Assembly (NCBI GenBank): GCA_002868925.1
Contig: PKTZ01000109.1
Location: 1 to 62,620 of the forward strand
Length of the DNA stretch: 62,620 nucleotides
Direction: 5' to 3'
Source of the DNA: Desulfuromonas sp.
GTDB lineage: Bacteria; Desulfobacterota; Desulfuromonadia; Desulfuromonadales; UBA2294
Position numbers and translations under genes: made by a program. The stretch's first letter is position 1, and the number at the start of each line of letters is the position of its first letter. Below the pieces are notes generated by a model. It was not told the origin of the DNA. It made no database searches and saw only the letters and a list, made by a program, of their open reading frames with translations. Shown in pieces: positions 36,515 to 45,786 of the stretch.

Positions 36515-38242
36515 ATGATGAAATTCTGGAAATACCGGACAGCCAAATATTTTTATATGGTGGCAGGCGCTATTCTGCTGCTGATGGTGATTTCCATCCT
36601 GACCGACGCACTGCAATCACGCCAGGTCAAAAAATCGTTTACCACCTACATGAACAACCTGCGCGACATGGTCTTCATGTCGACTTACGATTCCCTGAAA
36701 AAAGGGAATATGCGGGTCTTCAAGAACCACCTCGAGGAGATCGGCACCTTCAACGATGTCGAGGAGTTCTCTCTGATCGACACCAAGGGCTTTGTCCGCT
36801 ATTCCTCCGACCCGTTACTGGTCAAGCAGGCCGATCCCCGCGTCATCGACCTGACCGCACAACAGGAGTTGTCGGCCAACGGCTTTTCGACCTATTATTT
36901 CCCGGTCGAAACCACCAGCTACTGTTCTCGCTGCCACTTCGACTGGGAGATCGGCTCGATCAACTCCTACTACCGGTTGACCCTGAGCCGGCAGGCGCTC
37001 GACGCGGTTCAAAAGAGTACCCTCTACTACCACGCCTTCACCGTTATTGGCTGCGCTGTCCTGATCGCCTTCATCTACCTGCTGTTCATGATCTACGAAC
37101 GGAAGAAGAACGAAGAGCAGATGCTGCTCTCGGCCAGTGTCCGCAACTTCATGGATGCGACCGCCGAACCGTTTCTGATCATCGATGCCAACGGCACCTG
37201 TATCTTCTGCAACCAGGCCGGCCTGAACCAGCTGGGGCACGATACCACCAGCACCCTGCTCGGCAGGGATTTCTACAAAACCATCCAGCACTCCGATGAA
37301 GACGGCAGCCCCTTCCCGGAAGAGAAACGACTCGGCAGAAGCGCCCTGCAGCAAGGGGTTTCAGAAGTCGTCAACGAGGCGCTGCTCTGGCGGGCCGACG
37401 GCGGCAGTTTCGTCGCCGAGTGCCGAGTGCACCCGATCATCAAGAACGGCATCGTCTCCGGGGCAACGATCAACTTCTTCGACGTCACCGAAAAGAAAAA
37501 AGAAGAGCTGCGGACCATGCATATCTCGCATCTCGCCTCCCTCGGCGAACTGGCGGCCGGGGTCGCCCACGAGATCAACAATCCGATCAACGGCGTCATC
37601 AACTACGCCCAGATCTTCAAGAACCGCTTCAAACCGGAAGAAGAAGGTTCACAGATGCTCGATCGGATCATCAAGGAGGGGAACCGGATCGCCAAGATCG
37701 TGTTCAGCCTTCTGCACTACGCCCACCAGGGCGAAGAGAAGATGGGCGCCGTTAACTTCAGCCAGGTCATCAGCGAAACGATGAACCTGTTCCAGACTCA
37801 GCTCAACCGGGATGGGATTCACCTCGAACTCGACGTCGATGAAAAGGTACCGGTCGTTATCGGCCGTTTCCAGGACCTCGAGCAGATGCTGATGAACCTG
37901 ATCAGCAATGCCCGCTACGCTCTCAATAAGAAATTCCCCGAGACCGGAGATCCGGGCAAGCTGCTCTGCATCGGTTTGGAGAACTTCGAACATGATGAGT
38001 GGCCGCACATCCGTCTGACCGTCCTCGACAAGGGGACCGGTATCGAGAAGGAGATGCTGAACAAGGTTTTCAACCCATTCCTCACCACCAAACCGGCCGG
38101 TGACGGCACCGGGCTCGGCCTGCATGTCTGCTTCAGCATCATCAAGCAGCATGACGGAAAAATCGACATCGACAGTGAACCGGGCAACTTCACCCGGGTC
38201 ACTGTCGATTTTCCGATCGCCGACCGCGGTTCAAAACAGTAG
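36515..38242 (+). CDS. Membrane sensor histidine kinase with periplasmic CxxCH (c-heme) loop, cytoplasmic PAS, HisKA and HATPase_c
   Basis: 575 aa. TM1 at about aa 12-32 and TM2 at about aa 175-197. CSRCH sits in the loop between them. PAS (EPFLIIDANGTCIFCNQAG...), H-box VAHEINNPING, and G-boxes DKGTGI and GTGLGL. Confidence 0.85.
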   Translation: MMKFWKYRTAKYFYMVAGAILLLMVISILTDALQSRQVKKSFTTYMNNLRDMVFMSTYDSLKKGNMRVFKNHLEEIGTFNDVEEFSLIDTKGFVRYSSDPLLVKQADPRVIDLTAQQELSANGFSTYYFPVETTSYCSRCHFDWEIGSINSYYRLTLSRQALDAVQKSTLYYHAFTVIGCAVLIAFIYLLFMIYERKKNEEQMLLSASVRNFMDATAEPFLIIDANGTCIFCNQAGLNQLGHDTTSTLLGRDFYKTIQHSDEDGSPFPEEKRLGRSALQQGVSEVVNEALLWRADGGSFVAECRVHPIIKNGIVSGATINFFDVTEKKKEELRTMHISHLASLGELAAGVAHEINNPINGVINYAQIFKNRFKPEEEGSQMLDRIIKEGNRIAKIVFSLLHYAHQGEEKMGAVNFSQVISETMNLFQTQLNRDGIHLELDVDEKVPVVIGRFQDLEQMLMNLISNARYALNKKFPETGDPGKLLCIGLENFEHDEWPHIRLTVLDKGTGIEKEMLNKVFNPFLTTKPAGDGTGLGLHVCFSIIKQHDGKIDIDSEPGNFTRVTVDFPIADRGSKQ

Positions 38243-38287
38243 CTCTCTCGCATCATTGATTTGTTTTCTATAAGTTAAAGATCGAAA

Positions 38288-38754
38288 CCGTCGGGTCCCG
38301 ACCCGACAGCCGGCGTCATTTTCTTTGTCGGCGTGACAATGAAAACGAAGCAAAAGAAAACACGCGCCTGGCGGCGAGCACTGCATTCTCGGGTGACGCT
38401 GCCGTTTTTCAACGATACTACCAATCTCGTGTGTTGCGTCTTTGTGGCTCTCCAGCTTGAAGTGGGCTGCGTCGATCAACGATGTTAATGGTTTAGGCAG
38501 TATTGATTTTGATTTCGGTTTTGCTTTTCGCCCCGTGGCGGAGCGCCGAGAGAGCATGGATGAAAACCGAAACAGCAGCAAAAACTGTTTGAGGACATAA
38601 GAGCCACAGGCTCTGGAGGACGAGTTTTTTTGCTGCCGGTTTTCATCTGTGCGAACGAGGGAACAGCGCAGGGTCGGGGCGCAGCTCTTTTCTGCGTACT
38701 CTTTTGGAGCGTTGCCAAAAGAGTACGGCGGAGTGTGAGGCCGCGACCTCACGG
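38288..38754. mobile_element. MITE-like repeat, copy B (variant interior)
   Basis: The left approximately 190 bp aligns with copies A and C (CCGTCGGGTCCCGACCCGACAGCCGGCGTCATTTTCTTTGTCGGCGTGACAATGAAAACG...). The right end GTGTGAGGCCGCGACCTCACGG matches the right TIR. The interior differs but holds a hairpin at the equivalent place (GTACTCTTTTGG-N7-CCAAAAGAGTAC). Confidence 0.6.
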
Positions 38755-38798
38755 TTTTCCTTTTCTATCTCTCTAAAAATCCAAGATCAAGGACAGAA

Positions 38799-39287
38799 CC
38801 GTCGGGTCCCGGCCCGAAAGCCGGCGTCATTTTCTTTGTCAGCGTGACAAAAGAAAACGAAGCAAAAGAAAACACGCACCTGGCGGTGGGCACTGCATTC
38901 GCGGTTGACGTTGCCGCTTTTCAACGATAGTACAAATCTCGCAAGCAGCGTCTCCGTGGCTTTCGAACTTGAAACGGGCTACGAAGATCGACTGATCATC
39001 GTAACTCCAGCGTTATTGTTTCTGGTTTTCCACCTGAAGCTTTTAAGGTGCGTCTGTCAGCGCACTTCCTTGAACGCAGCGCGGCCGCGAAAACCACGAA
39101 GACGAACCCTAATCGCCTCAAGGCGATCTCCTACCCATCGAAATCACAAAAGAGGCAAATAGACCGAACAAAAAAGCCCCCTGCAAGGGAGCCATTTCTT
39201 TGGTTCGTTTTTCTTCGGGGACACTTCCCGAAGTTCAGGGAAGTGTCCCCATCTGAAACCCAGCGTGTGGAGCCGGGACCCCACGAC
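38799..39287. mobile_element. MITE-like repeat, copy C
   Basis: 489 bp between the outer ends of the TIRs, the same span as copy A (6217-6705). Both ends and the GGGGACACTTCCC-N8-GGGAAGTGTCCCC hairpin are conserved. Lies 44 bp from copy B. Confidence 0.65.
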
Positions 39288-39305
39288 TTTGTCTTGTTTA
39301 TTTAT

Positions 39306-39343
39306 AGATAATGACCGAAAAAAAAGGGACAGCCCCCGTTCGG
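39306..39343 (-). terminator. Intrinsic terminator downstream of the 39382..40086 gene
   Basis: Minus strand GGGACTGTCCCC-GAAC-GGGGGCTGTCCC followed by TTTTTTTT. Confidence 0.75.
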
Positions 39344-39381
39344 GGACAGTCCCTTTTACACTTAAACTTTGCTTATCCCAA

Positions 39382-40086
39382 TCAACGCAAAAGCTTCGCC
39401 AGATAGAGGAAGGTACCGCCGACCGAGAGGCCTGCCAGAAGGTTACCGATTTCCTTGCAATACATCGAGATCTGGTAACGACCGAGGTACTGCCCCTGTT
39501 CGGCCAGCACATCGAGGTTGTAAACGTTGATATAAAGCTCCGACCCCTTCCACAGGAAGATAAAGGCAAAAACGAAGATGAACGCGGCAAAACCCTTGCT
39601 GATCGGGCTGTCCTGGATGTTGACGTAAATCTTCCGGATCAGGTCGATATTGATCAGGGAGAGGAATACCCAGTTGGTATTCTCGACGATATTGATCACC
39701 TCGAGGGTCCGCTCATCCGGGGTGATATTAATCCAGATAAATGCGGCCGAGCAGAGGACAACCCCGAGCGTACCGAGGTAAACCAGCGTCTTGTTCCCCT
39801 CCAGCTCCAGGGTCCGGGAAAAAACGTAGTATTCCTGAAAGCCGTGGCTCATGACCAGGATCGCGATGGTTCCGACGATGGAGGTCATCGCCTGCACCTG
39901 CGGAATCTCGAGTCCGGGCAGGAAATCGATCGCGGTCGGCAAAATTTCGGCGACCAGGATCAGAAAGAAACCGACGGCGATACTGGTCCAGACCCGGGCA
40001 TTGCCGAGGCTGAAATAAAAAGAGACGATACCGGCCAGTACCCAGAGCGGCAGGGTGATCATTGTCCAGTCCATGCCCATACCCAT
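39382..40086 (-). CDS. Hypothetical polytopic membrane protein
   Basis: 234 aa with about 6-7 hydrophobic helices. Last gene of a same-strand cluster. No family recognised. Confidence 0.55.
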   Translation of the reverse strand: MGMGMDWTMITLPLWVLAGIVSFYFSLGNARVWTSIAVGFFLILVAEILPTAIDFLPGLEIPQVQAMTSIVGTIAILVMSHGFQEYYVFSRTLELEGNKTLVYLGTLGVVLCSAAFIWINITPDERTLEVINIVENTNWVFLSLINIDLIRKIYVNIQDSPISKGFAAFIFVFAFIFLWKGSELYINVYNLDVLAEQGQYLGRYQISMYCKEIGNLLAGLSVGGTFLYLAKLLR

Positions 40087-40122
40087 AACTAAACCTCCAA
40101 CAGAAAATTAATCAGATAAAAA

Positions 40123-41073
40123 TCAGGCAATCGCCTTGGCGGATTTCTGCATTTCCCCGAGCATAGCCTTGATCGCCTTCGGCCCGGCCACCATCTTCGC
40201 CGCCTTCGACAGGTCGGACAGCAGCTTGTCGAGCAGCGCTTCATTCCAGTCGGCCTCCTCGGGGATATGACGTTCCATCTCCTTGTCGACCAGCTGCACG
40301 CCGATACGGCCGATATGTTTCTCGGCCGTTGTGCGCAACATCGACTGCAACTGTATGCGCCGCTGCTTCTGGGCCATCTCGCGGTTGCGGCTTTCGACCT
40401 TCTGCTTGCTCTGCTTGTCCTTGACCAGCAGCTCCTGCGCTTTTTTCCAGAGCGCCGAGAGATCGGCCGAGGCCATCAGGTCGGCGAGCTCGATGTCATC
40501 GGCACCGCCGGAGCTGAGCACGTCGATCTTGGCGCCGGGCAGCTTGGCCACCGACATCGAGGCGTCGGCCGAGGTTTCGATATCGGTCGAGCCGTCATGG
40601 AAAAATCCGAGCGGGGTGCCGTCCTTGTAGAAAATCAGGGCGATCTTTTCGTCGGTATAAATTCGCAGGCAGCCGCTCATCTTGTCGGCCTTGAATTTGC
40701 CGAGCAGCGACTTGATATCGATCAGCTTCAGCTCCTGCCCCTTGTACAGGGTGTCACCGTGCAGCAGGGCATGAATACTCATCGCCAGTTCAGTCGAAAG
40801 CTTGTAGATATCAAGGGTCATCCGACCGGCGAGGGAGAGTTCGAAGATCCGGGCGATCGCGTCGTAGGCGATAAGTCGCTCGCTCCCCTCCTCGTAGAGG
40901 GCGCTGATCAGCTTGCCGGAGCTGAAAATAATAACCCCGGTGCCGTTGGCGGCTTCAAAGCGGAGGTACCCGGTAAAGCTCCCTTTTTGCAGCTTTCCCA
41001 ACGCCTCCGGCAGGTTGATTTTGCCGGGGTTCACCTTCTCCCGGACCGGGTTTCCACGTGGTAAAAGAATCAT
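40123..41073 (-). CDS. Hypothetical protein with two PATAN/DUF4388-like modules and a C-terminal coiled coil
   Basis: Two repeats of the pattern G.L.....G.I.F..G....A (GSFTGYLRFEAANGTGVIIFSSGKLISALYEE; MSGCLRIYTDEKIALIFYKDGTPLGFFHDG). The start is uncertain: ATG at 41073, or the TTG at 41127 used by the track. Confidence 0.45.
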   Translation of the reverse strand: MILLPRGNPVREKVNPGKINLPEALGKLQKGSFTGYLRFEAANGTGVIIFSSGKLISALYEEGSERLIAYDAIARIFELSLAGRMTLDIYKLSTELAMSIHALLHGDTLYKGQELKLIDIKSLLGKFKADKMSGCLRIYTDEKIALIFYKDGTPLGFFHDGSTDIETSADASMSVAKLPGAKIDVLSSGGADDIELADLMASADLSALWKKAQELLVKDKQSKQKVESRNREMAQKQRRIQLQSMLRTTAEKHIGRIGVQLVDKEMERHIPEEADWNEALLDKLLSDLSKAAKMVAGPKAIKAMLGEMQKSAKAIA

Positions 41074-41201
41074 GATTCCACTTCTTGTAAAACGGGGCAG
41101 TCTGCCCCGGAAAAGACATTTATTCAAACATGGGAGTTTTATATGAAACCCGGTGGCATGTCAATGTTCATATCTCATTTCCCGCACCGTTTTCGGCCCG
41201 A

Positions 41202-42194
41202 TCAGGGCTTGCGTCCATCGACGACCGCCGTGTCCGGGCTCACCCTGCGTACCGTGATATCGGTAAAGCCGGCGTCCGTCATCCAGCCGGCGATTTCGTC
41301 CTCGCTGTAGGCGCGTCCCCCTTCGGTCATGACCAGCATGTGCACGGCGAAAATCGCGGCAGTGGTCGGTGCCGTTTTGGTACCATCGAGCAGGAATTCG
41401 TGCACCAGCAGACGCCCTCCCGGGTTGAGCGCGGTAAAGCTGTTTTCGATCAGCTGCCGACAACCCGCCTCGTCCTGGGAGTGCAGTATCTGCGAAAGCC
41501 AGATCGCATCGTTGCCGGCCGGCAGTACGCGATCGTGGAAGCTGCCCGGGCAAAAGGCGACCCTGTCCGCCAACCCCCACGCTTCGAGGTTGGCCCGGCC
41601 GATCTCCAGCGCATCCGGCAGGTCGAACAGCCTGATCTCGTTGATATCGGGCCAGGCCCTTTGCACGGCGGCGGCGTAGGTGCCGGGGCCGCCGCCGAGA
41701 TCGAGCAGGGTCTCGACGTTACCCAACTCGAGCTGGGGCACGACCTGCGGCGCCAACTCCCTGGTCACATCGTTCATGCCGCGGATGAAGGCATCGGTCC
41801 AGTCATCGTCATCACCGAGCGCCTTATCCTCGGCAACGAAACTGTTCTTTCCGCTCTTGAGGATATCTCCAAGGTTGTTCCAGGCCGACCAGCAGTGATG
41901 GATGTGACGAAAGATGTGCCCGCGATACTGCTCCTCGTCACCGAGGGACTGATGCACCACCGGCAGGTTACTGAAACGATCCTCTTTTTTGACCAGGAGA
42001 CCGAGTGCGACCAGGGCGTTGAGCAGCAGTTCGAGTGCCCGCTGATCAACATCGAGCGCGGTCGCCAATTCATCGACGCTGTTGGAACCATCACCGATCT
42101 GCAGGAACAGGCCGAGATCGTTCGCCGTCAAGAAAATCTTGGCCGCCTGGAACCCTCCGGCCAGCCTCTGGATATCGCGGTATGTTTCAACCAT
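41202..42194 (-). CDS. Class I SAM-dependent O-methyltransferase (dimerisation domain + OMT family 2 fold)
   Basis: 330 aa. SAM motif LLDLGGGPGTYAAAV and an N-terminal wHTH-like dimerisation domain. Confidence 0.8.
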   Translation of the reverse strand: MVETYRDIQRLAGGFQAAKIFLTANDLGLFLQIGDGSNSVDELATALDVDQRALELLLNALVALGLLVKKEDRFSNLPVVHQSLGDEEQYRGHIFRHIHHCWSAWNNLGDILKSGKNSFVAEDKALGDDDDWTDAFIRGMNDVTRELAPQVVPQLELGNVETLLDLGGGPGTYAAAVQRAWPDINEIRLFDLPDALEIGRANLEAWGLADRVAFCPGSFHDRVLPAGNDAIWLSQILHSQDEAGCRQLIENSFTALNPGGRLLVHEFLLDGTKTAPTTAAIFAVHMLVMTEGGRAYSEDEIAGWMTDAGFTDITVRRVSPDTAVVDGRKP

Positions 42195-42212
42195 GTCGTT
42201 TCTCCCTTTCGA

Positions 42213-43520
42213 TCAGAGCTGTTCGCGCAACCGCAGGTCGGCGAGAACCTTTTTCCGCAACACCGAAAACCGGTGCGCGCCTTCATCCTCGAGAAAAAAG
42301 AGCGGCGGTTCCGGATCGAGCGCCACCAGGATCATCTCGCGAAACATTTCCGAGTCGTCCCGCCCGGTCGCCGCCCGCATCATCTCCATGATCCGGGCGG
42401 AGGTCTCCAGCGTTACGTTCTCGGTGACAATTTCATCGCCATCCTCGTCATAGAGCGAGAGTGAAACGTCACCCTCCTCCCCGATCAGACCGGTATCGGG
42501 GAGAGCGAAAAGGACCCCACCCCGTTCCGGCATCAGCATCTGCGCCTCGGCGTTGACCAGCAGCTGGTCAAGACAGCTGTTGTGAAAAAAACCGGTCTGA
42601 TGGTGGCGCAGATCCTGGTAGAAGAAACCGTCCTGGCCGGTGACCCTGAGGCCGCAACCGGGGCACTCACCGCTCAGGTGACTCGCCCGCCCGGGCGGCA
42701 TATCTTCGACCGCAGCCAGCAACCGGACCGGAGGCTTGCGGTCGGGTTGACGGCTCTTTGAATACTGGCTGTTGACGAAAGCGGCGAGGTCGCGCATCTG
42801 CCCATGCACCCGGGTGCCGCGGGCATGGGTCAGAACCGGGTAGATCCGGCTGCTGAAGTGGGTCGTCAGGCTCTCAACCTTCGGGCTCTTCGAGACCAAC
42901 GTGTCGACCACCTGGAAATCGCGTTCCCCGGCCGAATAGACGAGAAAATCATGAATACCGATATCCTTCTCCTTGAGCCGGGTCCGGCCGTCGATCAGGC
43001 TCGGCACCAGCCAGAGCCGCTCCGGGTCGTTGCCGTCATCGGCCATCGCCTGCTGCAGGGCGGCGACATTGACCAGCGAGGGCCGGTCCTTGACCGGGAC
43101 CAGCACCAGGTCGGCCGCGAGCAATGCGCTGCGGGTAAAATAGTCAAGAATCGGCCGGGTATCGATGACCAGGATACCGGAGAGATCGCCCCGCGCCAGA
43201 ACCCGGCCGAGATGGGCGATATTGTCATCCGGCGGTTCGAGGTTCCGCTCCGAGACCATAAACTGGACCCCGTACTCGCCCATCTGGACCAGCGCATCGA
43301 GGCTTTCGTCGGAAAAAATACGGCTGACCGACGCGCCCCGGTGGTTGCCGATGGCGAACATGTTGTCGACGCTGAAATGATTATCGAACGAAAAGATGGT
43401 GACCGGAAGGTCCTCGTTCAACGCCTTAAGGTAGACCGCCAGATTGGTGGCGATGGTGGTCTTGCCGACCCCGCCCTTCTCGCTGGCGACGGTGATAACG
43501 AACAGCCCGGTATCTTCCAT
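42213..43520 (-). CDS. ParA/MinD-like P-loop ATPase with a long C-terminal extension
   Basis: 435 aa. Deviant Walker A VASEKGGVGKTTIATNLA. The C-terminal approximately 170 aa are unrelated to ParA and contain CPGC. Confidence 0.7.
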   Translation of the reverse strand: MEDTGLFVITVASEKGGVGKTTIATNLAVYLKALNEDLPVTIFSFDNHFSVDNMFAIGNHRGASVSRIFSDESLDALVQMGEYGVQFMVSERNLEPPDDNIAHLGRVLARGDLSGILVIDTRPILDYFTRSALLAADLVLVPVKDRPSLVNVAALQQAMADDGNDPERLWLVPSLIDGRTRLKEKDIGIHDFLVYSAGERDFQVVDTLVSKSPKVESLTTHFSSRIYPVLTHARGTRVHGQMRDLAAFVNSQYSKSRQPDRKPPVRLLAAVEDMPPGRASHLSGECPGCGLRVTGQDGFFYQDLRHHQTGFFHNSCLDQLLVNAEAQMLMPERGGVLFALPDTGLIGEEGDVSLSLYDEDGDEIVTENVTLETSARIMEMMRAATGRDDSEMFREMILVALDPEPPLFFLEDEGAHRFSVLRKKVLADLRLREQL

Positions 43521-43582
43521 GACACCTCCCGTGTTCCGTTGATAAATGCTTTACAGCCGTGATGCGCGTTACGGCCGCGATC

Positions 43583-45505
<1,923 letters not shown>

Positions 45506-45786
45506 CGCCCTGTTATATCACAGCCGTTCCTCCCGGGGAACGAAGAATCAATTAAAAAGCTCCGTTATTCCGCACTCATAGACTGTTCAAAGCAATGATT
45601 TCCTGCTATAGTGGCTCTGGTAAAGCGGTTGTCTCCGCCATTTCGAATGAGCGTTGAGACCCAAACCGCCTGAAACGATTTCGCGCGGGGTGGAAATTTG
45701 ACTCCACCGCCGTTTGGCAGCAATCAGGCTGCCGGCATAATATTGAGGGACGGCGATCCGTTCGCGCCCGGAAAGTTTACAATCAA

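Noticed and set aside
38231-39590. ORFs 38231..38752, 38905..39162, 39048..39311, 39144..39590
   Set aside because: Same reasoning as for the 6.2-6.7 kb repeat: they lie inside or across MITE-like copies B and C and the terminator at 39.3 kb. No SD and no coherent protein features.
39265-40092. 275-aa plus-strand ORF opposite the membrane-protein gene
   Set aside because: The minus-strand frame gives a clean polytopic membrane protein. The plus-strand frame is D/R/E/G-rich and starts inside the repeat.
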